From the NCBI GenBank assembly GCA_030265395.1, contig JARFYF010000112.1:74041428-74105427 (forward strand): 64,000 nt of DNA, read 5' to 3'. The notes under the pieces are model-generated. The model did no database searches and was not told the origin of the DNA. It saw nothing but the letters and a program-made list of their open reading frames with translations. This stretch comes from Rhina ancylostomus (lineage: Eukaryota). The position numbers and the translations under genes were made by a program. This document shows, in pieces, positions 13,101 through 28,100 of this stretch (positions within the stretch are counted from its first letter, which is position 1; each line of letters begins with the position of its first letter).

Positions 13101-16100
13101 TGTCTGAAATCACCCAATGTCTGCCCAGACAGAATGCCAAGATAAAAAGAAACTGGAAGTGATTCAAACACTCATTTACACAATGCGATTATCCCAGTGA
13201 GTAAGAAATGCAGAGTCTGTCATTATTTATTAAACAGACAAAAGCTTTTACTGATGTCCTGTTTTCTGCTAGTTTTCATGCTATCAATCACTCATCCCAA
13301 AGCTCAGTGGCGGTTTTGGACACATACATCCATTAGAATCCTCTGCAATATCCAGCAATTATAAATGTTTATGACTGGTGATTAAAGACATGTTCTGATA
13401 TATAGGCATATGATCCATGAAAGTCCCAGTCTGTGATAGTCAGGGTAGTTCTTGCTAGCTACTATTGCTGTGAACTAGGGAGATTAATTTAATCAGCTCC
13501 TGCTCCTGATCACTATCCATTGAAACTAGATGAAACTGAATGGGTATGATGCAGAGTGAGTAAAAAAAGAGCACTGGACATAAAGGGAGAGAATTGAGAA
13601 GATAGAAGATTGAGAGAGAGAAAGAGCCAGATGATAAATCGGCACTATTCATGCCCCGTAGCACTGTTCCAGGAGTATTATCTTCTGGTTAATGCTCCAA
13701 GTGCCAGCAGGAAGAGAAATATTAAAAAAAAATCTGATATATTGTAAAAAACAGTTCAGAGTGGAATTGATGAATGTCCATAAGAAGCAAGCTTTTCTTT
13801 TCCATTGGGACTGATAGGCAGCATGGTGGGAGCAGCAGACAGAAAGACAAAAGAAAATGCTGCACTCAAGCACCTTTTTTTGATTTGCATAGTCTGGAAA
13901 AGGTTGTTAAATACACATGGTAATAGATATCTAGAGATTTTTATTCAGTGTGAATTAAAATATGGTTTGATGGCCCAACACTTGCACAAAGTTTTAAGAA
14001 AGCGGGTCCAGTTTGATATTTAATTATGAAATAAAAAACAGAAAGTGCTGGAAATACTCAGGTCATGCAGCATCTGTGGAAAGAGAAACAGTTAACATTC
14101 ATGCTCTGGAACCTTTCATCAGAACTGAAGGGCAATAGTCATTTTTAATCATGTTCCTGGAATGGTACCTCAGATGGAAAGCATGCAAAATAAAGTTACA
14201 AATACATACGTAGGCATGTAAAATGTCATATCAAGATTCAAGTGAATGTTCAACTCTCTCTTTTGCAGATTGTAAATTCCAATCAGGATGGAGAAGCACT
14301 TGACAAACAAGATTTGGCCTGAAATAGCCCAAAATAAAAATTTAATGGACAATTTATATTTGGCAATTAATTTCAAGTCTTATCTTGCAAAACTCTATTT
14401 AATACCTTTTTGTAAGAAAGCTCTGTGTTCACAGGTCCTACTGTGTTGGTCCAGCCTTTAAACTTCTCTCCCGCGTTTTTTAATAGAGCCTGGATTGTGT
14501 CCTCCATGTGGGCCACATACTCCTTGACCATGCCTCCAGGATGTCTTCTGAAGACCTCCATGGGCAAAGGCTGAGCATCAGCTGCAATATAGGAGTTCCG
14601 AGACTGCACCATTATATCGTGGGGGATCTAATGAAAAGAAGAACTATTATGTAAAAACAACTTAAATTTCAGAACCACCTTAGATATTCTTTCAAGTAGA
14701 ATGATGCTGGTCGCTTCGTTAAGCACTCTAAGTACCTTCTATTTAGAATGCACCCATATTACTCAATATCCAACTACAAAACCGGATGAACAAGCAATAA
14801 ATTCAGTCCAATGTGGTCTTTACTGAATACCGTATCACCCTTTTGTACATTTTTCAATCATACCGAAAGGCAAATGAGACACAGGATCATTCAAAGACAG
14901 ATACGTTGTGTTATCTTGCGTTAAAGTTGCGTTAGTGTACATGTAAATGAAAATCAAAAACCTGCAGATGCTGGACATCTGAAACAGGAACAGAAAGTGC
15001 TGTAAAAACTTAGCAGGTCAGGCAGAAATTGTAGAAGGAGAAAAGTTAATGTTTCAGGTCAAAGTTATCTATAAACTGTTTCTCTTCTCACAAATGCTGC
15101 CTAATCTGCTAAATTTTTCCATCATATTCTGTTTTCATTGTATATGTAGCACGCAGGGTAAGAGGTAATGAAATCAAGGTCTTGATTTTAACCCAATCTA
15201 CCCTTCAAGAGAGTTCTAAGTTTCTCCTTTACCTTCATCAGATTCTTCCCACGCCTTCCAACACCCTCCCTTTGCAAAATGTTCCTAAGCACGTCATGGT
15301 TATTCCCTGGAATCTGTGAGGATCCATGTGGATGAGGTAAAAAATTTAATACCATTATTCAAGGAGGGTGAGAGGAAGTGGAGAACTACAGACCAGTTAT
15401 TCTGGCATCTGCTGTAACAAAGGACTTAAAAAAAAGATAAGATTAGGCAGACTCCACTTTGTTTTATGAAAAGAAGATCATGTTTGGCAGATCTAATGGG
15501 GTATTTTGCTGATATGATTTGGCAGAGTCACTCAGAAGGAATTTGTAGGTGCAGTATTTCTGAATTTCCAAAAGTCATTCGATGTGATGCTACACAAAAG
15601 GCCATTAAATCAAAAAGAACCCAAATAGTTAACAGGAACTGAGGATTACTTAACCTGTTTAGAAAAAACCACAATATCCTCATTATTGGGTCCATATTGG
15701 CAAATTGGCAAATTTGACAGATTGGCAAAGTGTTACAAGGGGTGCCACAGCATCAATCCTGTACTCAGATATTTACAATCTGTACTAACATCTTAGATGA
15801 AAGTACAAGATGTAACATACCCAAATTTCCAGACGATACAAGAATGGAAAGTAAACTGTGAGAATGACATGAAAGGAACATATCCAAATTAATTGAGTGA
15901 ACCAGAAGGTGATGGATGAAGTATAAAATGTGATGTTGTTCAGTTTGATAAAGAGAATAGCAAAACAGAAATGGAGACACAAGAGAATGCAGATGCTGGA
16001 TTCTGAGCAAAAAAAAGACAACTGCAGGAGGAACTCAGCAGACCGAGCAGCAGGGGGTGGGAAGGAATTGTCAAAGCTTTGGGTCAAGACCCTGCATTAG

Positions 16101-19100
16101 GATTGAGAATGGAGGGGGAAAGAGAGGGGCATGGGTGAGACAGGGGCTGGTAGGTGATAGGTGACCAACAAAGATTTAAGGATAATGGGCAGAAGGAGCC
16201 AAACTTGAGGCTAATATCAGCCATGACCCTGTTGAAAGGTGAAGTAAGCTCAAGGGACTGCATGGGTTATTCTTGCTTCTATGCTCCCTGGATGGTAGAA
16301 CCATGGAAGGAATGAGGCAGCAACTGCAAGAGACTATATAACCAAAACACACAGCAAGTAGAGTTGCTTAAAACTGCAGTGGAGTTAATCATAAAAGGCC
16401 TTACTTAAGTCACTTAAGTACAGTAAGGTATTCTTTATTAACATCACTTAGTTCATATTTCAAATTACTTATTACTGTCAGCCCTTCACTGTTGAAATGC
16501 CATGCTCTGAGCCCTAAGATTTGTTTTGAAGTACCTGGAAAAGTTTCTTGCACTCTGTGATCATGTGACCCAATCCCTTGGTTGCCGCCAGATTCTCACT
16601 GAGGTCCCTCTGATCAGGCTTACTTAGAACACCTCTCCTTCGGATCATCCTAGAATAAGGCCAGGAAAAAGGTGAGGATGTTCAGAAAACCCAGGCAAAC
16701 TTACATGAAACATAGAGCACATAAGTAAAACTAAATTGTATCAGTTGCACATATGATCACCTAAACACATGTATTCCACTTTTCACATCTGTGTGTGTAT
16801 TCAGATGGCCAATGGAGATGCAAGTTGTTTTTCTTTGATTAATAATTTTCTTTGTGTAGTGGTACAAATGTTATAAGTGTTGTTCTGTAACTCCTAATTT
16901 TCTAAATCAATAGCAAGCATGGGAGGGAGGTTAAGTTTTAAGTCAATCCACAACCCTAAATAATTTTTTTTAACCTTCTCTCCATTTATCTGTTTGACTT
17001 CCTTTTAATCTCTTTATTTTCTTTTTCTATTTTCTTTTTCCCCTGCCCATGTCATCGTCTTTCTCCCTGATCACATGAACTTGGTATTAAACTGGAAATA
17101 ATAATTCCAGGCAAGGATAATGAAGGTTGTCTTCACCTTGAAGATGACTGAGTGATAAAATAATGTCCCTTTTGATTTTGAGGAACTGGATCTACAGCTA
17201 TGTCCTGTGGTCAAAAATCACAATATTATAAACATTGCATATAAATCTAATGATCCATTTCCAGATTTGTCTCATTCATGAGCACTCTCCTTTCTCTATT
17301 CTAAGATCATGTATTTGAACCCTACTTTAGAACCTGGAATACATGATCTAGGATGGCTCTCCAATGAAGCATTGAATTATTAATTTCAAATACTCCTCTA
17401 CTTCTCTATTGTAAAATATCCTTTGTGGGTAGCTGCATGTGTAGAAGCCAGCAGCAAGGTGATGACTACTCTCTCAGCCTTTAACCAAGCACATTCCAAT
17501 ACATTAATTCTCATGCCCAAAAGAGAGTGGAGCAAATCAATGCGTAACACACCACATCCCACTTTGGTTCACTCTCCTAAAACTTTAAAATTTTAGAATT
17601 CCTTATTCTCTAAAGGCTTTTAAAATTCTACTCTGATATCAGNNNNNNNNNNTACTACTTCTTGATTTATTTTAACTTCATTCTTGTTCTTTACAGTCTT
17701 TGGAACCTACAAGATGCCCTTTGACCCACCGACTGGATTTCTTAATAACCAAGAAAATTCAGTCAAGGGGATTACTGATGATGGCATCACCTTGGTAGCA
17801 AGAACATCTTTCCTTCTGCAGAGCAGCAAAAATATAGCAAGCTACCAACCACAGAGTTCCAGCGAACCATAGAGCTCACCTTGGTGAGGAAGTTTCTTTC
17901 TTCAGCACATTGAGGTGGAATAGTGATGGTGCAAGGCACACGGCCAGGTTTCCAGCAGTCATCTGGTTTTGCTGTACAGATGCAATGTCACTTAGGAAGT
18001 ACAACAACGACTGAAAAACCTCACGGTTCTCATCTGGCATCAACACAATGGCAGCCTGAACGGCTTGGAGACGTTGATCCATTGGCACATCTGATGAAGG
18101 GAAAGAAAGATTCATACAGGCTGATCTCCACATCCTTAATGCTTTAGCATTTGCAATCAGGACAACTCCATCAAATAATTACTTCCAAATATGGGGTGAA
18201 ACTACAAGATGAACTTCCAAACCCAGTAAGGGTTCCTCTACTGTGGCTCCCAAACCCATAACCTCTACTGCTCTGACCTACAGTGGCCAGGTGTAAGGGA
18301 ACATCACCACTTCCAAATTACCCCAAACTGTGCATACTGTCCCGACTAGATAACTAATCACCTTTTGTGTGGCAATTCTGAATCAAAATTGTAGAACTTC
18401 ATCATATGTGTTGTGGCAGTCTCAGATGGAGGCTCACTACTACCCACAAGCAATTAGTGATAGGTCAATGAACAATATCAATGTTTCATGAATGAATAAA
18501 TGGGAAAGTAACTTTCAGAAATCATTGAAATAACTATGAACATCAACTCAAATCCAAGATTGTGTTAATCCTTGGGACACAGAATCTCAAAACAATATTC
18601 TGCACATGGATAATGTGGTTAAAGAGCTAATCTGCAAACAAGGATTTCACCTTTGATGTCATCAATTCAATGGTCTCCGTAGTCAAACTATGGAACACTA
18701 GATAGCTTTGGGAATTTAAAAACTGGAATTGTATCACTAGAGCATAACGTGATAACCAGTGATGCTGATGCAATGGAATTCTCTTTGTCCATTGGTTGTA
18801 TGGGATGTATGTGAATTGAGTGCAGGATGATCTTAATCCAATTCCTAGTGGGCATATCCCCACTGTAAAAATTAACACAAAAGTAACAATTATGGAAATC
18901 TCACAATGATACCGTAGGGACATTGCTACTTGAAAGAAGGGGGAGCTTCCAAGCCAAACACAACAAAACTGTGCTGTTACTGGTTCAAATCATCTAAAGG
19001 GAAAGTATTTTATCCCCAAGCACAGATACCTCCTATCTTGATACAACTCAATTACACAGGGAAAACAGATCTAAGTTTTTCAGAATGCAAGGCTTGGATA

Positions 19101-22100
19101 AGTCACTATAACTAATATTAAGATCAAAGCAGTAAAAGTAGCATTTTCTTTATTGCACTCACACTGATAGATCTGTAGAAAGGTTTCTGTCAGTTTGCTG
19201 GTGAAGATAGGTTCTGGAAGGTCTCGGAAATATTGCTTTAACAAGTCTGCTACATCAAACGCTGATTGACCCTGATAATTAACATTGTCAGGATTGTTTT
19301 CATTCATCTGCCTGAGGACCTGGATTCGTGATTTCACACCTGACTTCCTGAAGATACCAACCTGTGTACAACATATTAATGAAGTTAGAGTGCATATTTT
19401 TACTCAAATCAATGTAAACCATTTTTATTGAAGAGAACCTTTGTAAATATACAACACTAGCAGCAAGAAACTGGTCAATGCCTTCACATGCTGGAAGTTC
19501 TTTATGAGGCGGCAATGGGCATCCAAACACTGTTACAGCAAGGACAAGATTGCACAGGCCCAATGATGCTAGAAAGGTTACCACAGTCTATTTCAGGATT
19601 TGTCACTGGGAAGAACACAAGCTGCAATCCCTCACCAAAAAAAAAACAAGGGTTGTGCACTCCTCACCATCCTCTTCAGTGATAGGACCTATGTAGGAGG
19701 CACGGATTAATTTGAAACCTTGACATATCTCAATGAATTAGCTTAATCACATTACCCATGTGATGGATTGTAATGGTTCACAGCTGGCTATTCTTTTCAA
19801 TATAATTTCTCCCAGTTCTTTTTTCTGGTCTTTCCAAATCATTCACTAGCTAGATCCAATTAGGAATGCTCATGAATGACCTTTATCCCAACTTCAGTCT
19901 CTATCATTCAAGACTCAAGCACTGAGATTTACAAGACTTATTATTTTTCCTCTTTGTTTTCCTTCTTCCAAAATTAGCTAATGGCTGATCACTGGCACCT
20001 CAAACTCAACACATGGGAACACATACCTGCAAACCCAAGCCCAACCCCTCCAAACTGCTACACTATTGCACAGTAACATAGTGAACTATCACATATCCAT
20101 TAAAAAATACAAGGTACTGGCATTACAAGCTCATTATTTGTTGGTGCTTATTGAACATGTCCGTGAGACATTACCTCCGACTATTAATAAACTTCCCAAA
20201 CTCTTAACAATTATTCACATTCTCTTGACAACCTTACAGAAATATGATAGTCTCCCGGAGTCACCATGCAAATACTTAAAACTTTCTTAATGTTCTGCTG
20301 CTCAATGGTTTATAATATCATATTGACTAAACAACCAGCCTCTATCCAGCAATAAATTATTTTCAGTGGGTATAAAGAGTGAAAATTAATATATTAATAA
20401 CTCAACAATCCAGAAGAGATCTCATCACCTGAAGGATCACAATCTCTTTACAAACCCTCTACGATTTAGGGATCCCAGTATAAAAACAATGTAATACCTA
20501 ACAAAGTAATAGCCAGCTCTGTGTAACTTCTGGAATTAACCAGATCTAAAGAGAAAGCCTATTGAAAACACTACAACTGGTTCTGGATTTGTAGTACGAC
20601 ACAGAAACACACCTGGCCCATGCACTGACTACGCAAGTAGCGCATGGCTTGTTGAATACTTTGAGGTAGTGGCTGCCCTGACCTCTTGACGTTTATTATT
20701 GGTGGAACACCAAACACATTTTTGCCTCGGTAATCTGGTTCCTTGCTCCTTTTCATGAATTTGGGAACACCCCTACAGGAGCAAAAAAAAAAGCCATACA
20801 AATTAATAGAACACCAAAATCCTGTGAACTGGTTAAAGACAATAAACTTAATTGCTGACAATATACCCCCTTTTATATTATTTCTTTTCCATTCATTCTT
20901 GTGATATGGTCAATGATCTTGATCCTTTAACCCATCTCTCTCTAACATTGCTTCTCATAATTTTTTATCAGCATTTTTATTTCTCCGAAATTCTCATCAT
21001 AAAGACTGTTTACGAAATTAATTTCAGCAGCAGTTTCATGAGGGAGAACATCACATAGCATTGGATATTTTATTGATTTTCTCCTATTCGCTTACTGCTC
21101 CAGATAGCATAGGTCAGATACCTCATCAGGCAGAGTTGGGGCCAAGTAAGGTATACTGGACCAATGACGTGGCCTCTGGGTGCCTTTAATATACCTCCAG
21201 CAAGACTGGTGTTTACAGGTGGAAGGGAAAAGTAGAGCACAGCAGAAGGCCTGAGAGACCCCAAAGTCTAAGTATTAATGGGAGATGAGACATAAATGTA
21301 TCATCTCCCATTGGAAGCCCTCTTATTCTTGCACCTGGGGCAGAATCTCCAGTTTAAAGAGCCTCCTTGTGCAATACCTAGCACTAGATCCTTGCATCTG
21401 GGCAAGTCTGGTGTACATGCAGATGAAACTTGGAGGCTGTGAGTGTCCCCTCCCACCTCTCTATCATCAGAGCACAAACCATGCAGTGGAGACTTAGCTC
21501 CACCACTTTGTCCAATTTTCCTTTTCAGACACCAAGCAAGAAGAAAACCTGGCAAGGTGCTTAATGCAACCTAACCCCACTTGGTGGCCATGACAAAGTT
21601 GGATTTCAAGCCCTTCAGCCATCTGATTTCTAGGTTTTGTCCAGTGGTTGTTGGCCAACCCATTCCTTTCTCACAGGCTGTTTGCCTTTGTTTACAGTGC
21701 ACCCTTCTGACTGCCTTAACACAAAGAATTTCATTCCAAGCTGTTTCCACCCTTTGTGAGCTTTCAAACAATTTAACTCCCCACCTCCCTGATGCTCTCG
21801 GCTTCTGCCCTGTTTCCACATTTCCCCCTCTCTCACAGCTGCGATCTGATATAGCCTCTATCCACTCACTGAGGAAACCATCTGTAATATTCCAAGGGTC
21901 AAAAGGCTGTGCTTGGACAGACTCCAGGTCCTGTGGATTCCTGTTATTGTACATTCTTTGCCTGGTTGCAGTAAATGCGAAGGGACACAATAGCAGGGCA
22001 CATATCCAATTGGATGTTTTTTATCCTCAAGGAAACATAGGGGATGAATCCTCTCAAATCGCCAGGACACTGTCCAGTGACATTGTGTGTGGCTGGTTCC

Positions 22101-25100
22101 TGTGAGCGCTGTGGAGGTTTGAATTATCAAATGCACGAGGAAGGGACTGTTCCAGCAACTTCATAAATAATCTGATTTTACTGCCGCTCCGAGACCACAG
22201 GTTCAAATTTTACAAAACACCAACGGGTTACTTTGTGGAATAATGAAACATGGAGCAAAGCCCAAGCCCATGTGTCTCATACATTTCCTGCAGGTGAGAT
22301 TCACATCCTAAGTGGATGATGTCTGGCAGCAAAACAGCCAAAGTGATCATCATTCAGAAGTGGATTGATTCCTATTCTGCATTGAACATGCTGCACTCCT
22401 TTTGTTGAAGGCACTCCCACAGCACTTCAGGGAGGGACTTCCAGGATTTAGACACAGTGATGATAAATAAACAGGGATATTTTTCCAATTCAGGTTCGAC
22501 TTGGAGGCGAGCCTGTGGATGGTGGTGTTCCCATGATCCTGCTGCCCTTGGCCTTGGTGGTAAATGGCCCTTTCAGAATAGTCTAAACAAGTATTTGCTT
22601 GTTACATAAACTATCCAATCCATGAATTAGATTCTCATGTATTTGCTTTCTTCTGTATAAATCATTTAAATCTCTTCATTAAATCTCTCTGGCTGCCTAT
22701 TGCTCTGCATATGATTCTTTGAATGATGCACATTAGGTTTCATATAACAATCTCATACAAAGTGTCACAGAAAAGTACAGCGTGGAAACAGGTTTCTCGA
22801 TTCATTTATTCTATGTTGACTATCAAGCACCCAGTTACACTCATCCTATTTTTATTCTCTGCACATTACCCTCATCTTCCTCCAGATTCTACCACTCACC
22901 TACACTCTATGGGCAATTTTACAAAAGGCTAATTAACCTATCAAATTGCATGTCTTTGGACTGTAGGGGAAACCCGCATGGTCACAGGGAGAACATGTAA
23001 ACTGCACACCGACAACACCAGAGTTCAGGACTGAACCCAGGTCACTGGAGTTGTGAGGCAGTAGCTCAAGTAGCTGTGCCACCATCCACCCGATGGCGAG
23101 TTTTAGCTGGTGCTTTCCATGGATGCCATACATTTCAATTCTCATTATAGTTATTTGCAAGTCTGACTTAGCCACAAAAATCAAGCAAGTGTGGGACATT
23201 CCAATGTCTCTCTTAGCTCTGTTGCCTACATTCATAAATCTGTCAGATGCAGTAAATGAGACCTCTGGCCACCCTGTCTGTATCCTAGCTACTGACCAGT
23301 TCCAGCCCTGCTTGCTGCGGACAGTATATTTCTCCATGATGGCAGTCAATCGCAGTAGGGAGAATCGCTGCAGGAGGTTGAGTTGAGCTGCTGACTGTCT
23401 GTTGATTTCCATTGAAGCAGAATTCAGGCTGGGGCGGTGAGAGTTCTGGAAACTGTGCCAGCGCAGCTTCCTAAGGAAAGAAAATGCAAAGATTAACAAA
23501 GGAAGCCAAAGTCTGCAAAAACCAGCACCACACAGGGTCAAGGCCAGCATTCCTACAGATACCATGAAGGACCCCAGTTTAATTATTCCTGTCAACGACC
23601 TTTATCATTACAGCTATATCTTGAAGGGTCACAGACTAGGTCACACTAGAGAGTTGCACATTTTCCCATGGCACCTTAGGCCTCAGTGCAGATTTCCAGA
23701 ACATCATTTGGCATTCTTGTAAAAGGAATCTAATTTTTTTGCCTTTAAGTTACCATCTGGACAGGCTGCGATCTTACTTGTGAGAGCTCCAGCCTGATCT
23801 TCTCTCCATCTGACAGACATCCAGCCATCTTCAACAATGCCTGTGCTGGAACAGCAGGTCTTTGTTATAATTGATTTTTGGAGCAATAAAGCATCTGCTA
23901 TGAATGCCCACCAAACCACAGGGAGTGAGGTACCTTTCTGCTTGGTAATTGACTGCAGTAAGAGAAGAATGTGTACCTTAGAGAAAATAAACTTTCTATC
24001 TGCACTTTCAGTGTAAGACATGGGAGCACAGTATGTGTCAGAAGAAAATCATAAAGTACAGGAAATATAGTAAAGGGTTGCATTGAAGTGTTATGCGCCA
24101 TCTTGTAACAAATGGATTGTCATCTGATAATCAATAACATCTGTAGTCTGATGAACGCAAGGGTTATTCTGGAATCTCAATCTTTTGAATAAACATATAC
24201 TGCAGGACAACACTGCTATAGACTCTTGTCACAGGAAACTACTTGTTAAGATGAAGATGAGATTGAAAAAATACTCTTATTCAAAAAGTACCAGTGAACC
24301 TTTGAAGCCCACATGCAGGAGAAAAAAAATACAAAATATGAAATGTCATATTTTAATGCAAGGTTGCAATTTCTGTTCTTGTTTTTATCCTCTTCTCAGC
24401 TACCTCCCTGTTCTTCTAGAGCCTCTGATTGTCACTGGGATACCTTGCCCAACTGCATTTTCGCAAAATTTGAGTACTAAGGGATACAAGACCACTGGGA
24501 CAGCCCAGATAAAATCTGATCTTATCTCCATTCAACATCCACACAGGCAGAGTTTCCAAGATGCATCAATGGGCCATGACCAGGGATGGGAATCCTGGCT
24601 CATTTTCCCTCCTACCATGCCCACTGCAGTGCTGAAATGCTGGGAACAACTGTTATCCCATGACTGCTTCCTGTCTAAAACCAGCCAGCTCAGCATTGAC
24701 CAGAAGCAAGCCATTTCCAAAGCATTTTTGCAATCATACTTTGCTGAATTACAGTCAGTTATATGAATAGTCAGAAGGCAATAAGACTTGCATTCATGTA
24801 GTACATCACGCATTTCCAACTGCTCCATAAATAGAGGATTACTTTCAGACACACACTGCTATTACAAGCCATTTTGCACACAGGAAAATCCCACAAACTA
24901 AAGCAAAATTTTTCTTTGGTGGTGTTTACCTGCTGGGAACACTAGCCAGGACACCCTATCAAATAGTCATAGAGTCATACTACACAGAAACAGGTCCTTC
25001 AGCCCATCATGTCCATGCTGACCATTAAGTACCCATCTCTACAAATTTCATTTACCAGCACTTGGTGCATAGCCTTCTATGCCTTGGCAATTCAAATGGT

Positions 25101-28100
25101 TGCAGATGCTTCTTGTATGTTTGAGTACCTGCCTCCCCACCACATTCTCAGACCATGTGTTCCAGATTGCAACCAGTAAGTGCCATGAGATCTTTAATAT
25201 CAACATGAAGAACCTAAACAGAGCTCGTATTCAACATCTCAACAGAAACGCAACACAAGGTTGTCAGACTGTAGCAATTTACAGTCACTTGTATTGGGAA
25301 CCATTTTATATATGGCATATGTGTGTATTAATTCTTGAGCTGCAGTTTGCTGGGGGTTTCCATACTGAACTATCAGCATGTATTCCTACTGACTATCAGG
25401 AAGATGGGACTTCCACATTCCAAGCACCATCCGCTATTTGTCAGCTGCTCTCCAACAGCGGGCTCTCATGGAGCCCTGCAGAAGGCCACAAAAGTGCTGC
25501 AGTTCCTCACGAGTCCCATTGCGGTTTCCTGCCTTTACCTGCTTAGATCTAGTTTAGAAATGCAAGTCCATTCAGTTAAATGAAGAGGAACATCTGGCTG
25601 AAAGGTTCATGGATAAATATAATTTACACATTTCTGTGTTAATTAGGGTTGCTTAAATATTGTTAACTGTTGAAGTATTGCGTACATTTTCATTTTAGAT
25701 AATTCGAAGATTTTGTTTGTTATATTTGTTATTTATTTTCTTATTATTGAATTGACAGTTTCGTATTCACAGATCTTGCCAGGTTTGACAGCTGGCAAGT
25801 TCATGGGCAAGGCTCAGCCAGCTGTCAGTTTTTCTCGGCTGTGTTGTGGACAGAGCTGTGGTTTGTTCATATGAAAGCATTGTACCACATGAGGCCTTGC
25901 TGGTTTGCCAAGTCTCACCATTTTGAATTGGAATAGCTTCTNNNNNNNNNNNNNNAAGATAAACCCATAAAAAGTAAGTCACGTGTCTAAGTGGCAAATG
26001 TGGGCAGCTTGCCAGAGGTGAACCAGTTCGATGCTTTATGATGCAATACTTGAAAGGAAGGAAACTCAGGTTGGTTCTGTTACAGCAGGGAAAACTCCCC
26101 TCCAGATTTTCCTTTCTGCTTGCTGAACTAATGTTGTGTAACATCCAGACAGAACAGATGAAATCTATTCCATTTTAATACTCACGCACTATATCATGAG
26201 TGTGACAAATGATACACTGAATTAAGTTCCCTTCAACTGGGGAGCAAGGCATGGAATTAATTCAAACAGTATTTCACCAAGTGGTAACTCTTCACACACG
26301 AGTTTAATCAGTTAGTCAACTTATTAATGAATATCTCATAACTAACCTTAGGCTCTCCTCATACAATATTCACCATACAATCCAACAAGGAGTGAGTAAC
26401 TATAGATCTGAAGGAAGGCTAGAGTTTACCGTATTGCACCTATTATAAACTGAGCTAAGATAATCTAAATTGTTCCAAACCAACACCAAGCCACAGCTTA
26501 ACTGGTTCACAGTTCAATGACAAGCTGTGCTGAATAATAGAGACAGCCTACAAAATGACCTGTGTTTGATATCTGCAACTATCAACAAAAAGATCAGAAG
26601 TCTCTACCTGTTTGGTCTGGTTAACGAAGCCCCTACTCCAGAATCTCTCCGATCCCTCATCTCCATTTCTTCAGCTTCATTTAGTGAATTCCCAGTACTA
26701 TCAAAATCACTTGCAGTTGTCCCCACATCAGACATTGAGCGGTCTTCAAAATTCAAACCTTGCAAAGGAAAAACTGTTTCTCCAGTAGAGTCAGACTCAG
26801 TGTCATTATAATCAGTGCACATCATTTTTGACCAACTGTCTACTCTCTGCCGTAATCCATTGACATGCTTCAAAACATCATCTAGTTGTTTAAAGTAGCA
26901 CTCAGGTCCACCTATGCTATTGTACAGGTGGGTCTCAGGCACATTGTCATAAAAACTCTGCCTGCTGTCCACAGAGCTACAGGAATCCCTTCGTCCTTGA
27001 AAGCCCAGTCGCTGAAAATTGTTGCTGCTACCACATGTAGACATTCCAAAGGAGCTGTTTCCTGATCTCCATTTTACCAAATGGTTATCAGCACCTGGAC
27101 ACAAGCTTTCTATGGAGAGGGCTTTGGGGAAGGTTCCTAATTTGTGATTTGTTGGGATGCGAACAACATAATCTTCTTGAGAACACATATTGTCTCTTCT
27201 ATTATGATTGGAGGTCGTGAAGCCCATTTCATAATCTTCCAAGTACAGTCCACAATGCTTTGAGCCATGGCTCCTAGATTTGCCTGAAGAACATTCTGTA
27301 CATCCACAATCAGCCAGTGAAGGAATGCCAGATTGAGATAAGTTATTCATCAAGTTCTTGGGGCTCTGGTTCCCAGTTTTCAGAGGACTGGAACTCTGTA
27401 ATGGCTCATTGTATGGCTGTAATACTGTTTTGATACTTTTTGTCTCTTTATTCTTTGAAGCCATTTTGGCTTTGTTCCGAAGGGTTTTAAACCGAAGGGA
27501 TTCAATCCGTCTAAGAAAGCTCTTGGTCCGCTGTTTTCTGGGGTTCTCTGTGAAGTCTGGAGTGGTTTGATCTCCAGTGGGAACATGGCTATCAAGTGTG
27601 CAGTTGTGAGCCTGCTCTGCTGCTTGGGGATTAGCCACCAGGACTCTCCCAGGATCTTCCTTTGCCGCCAGCTGATTGTTCGAATTGTGACCCGCCAACG
27701 CTTCCTGGATGCTCCCAACACTGCTGCTGCTGTGCACAGAGCTGGCTTCTGGATCACTGAGCTCCGAGAGAACACTCTCACGGCTGGCCGACTCCTTCAT
27801 TATCGAGCTTAGGACCTCTGCCCGGTTCAACTGGAAATCAGCAACTGTCAGGCGAGACCATCTCCTGCTCTCTCGCTGAAATGCCCAACGATCACTAATA
27901 GCACAGACGTCTTCATCAGAATCATCATCCTAGAATGATAATAGCACAGTGTTATGAAATGGCCATATCGTAAGGAAAGCATAAGAGGGAACAATGGGAG
28001 TGATGGTGATCCTAAAGAGCACCTGATAACTGGAAGTTATTCCTCCACTCCTGAGAGGCACTGCCCTTAGTGATATACCATGCCTTTACTGGTATCCTCA

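Noticed and set aside
21571-22105. Overlapping 139-aa and 174-aa ORFs
   Set aside because: No recognisable homology and no phase-compatible donor to the next STARD8 exon; could still be a conserved non-coding element, which I cannot show
22933-23595. 220-aa ORF as a stand-alone gene
   Set aside because: Only 23297-23470 is exon; the rest is intron and antisense-unrelated SINE sequence read in frame
24185-24766. 193-aa plus-strand ORF
   Set aside because: No recognisable domain; intronic antisense; non-ATG start; consistent with chance
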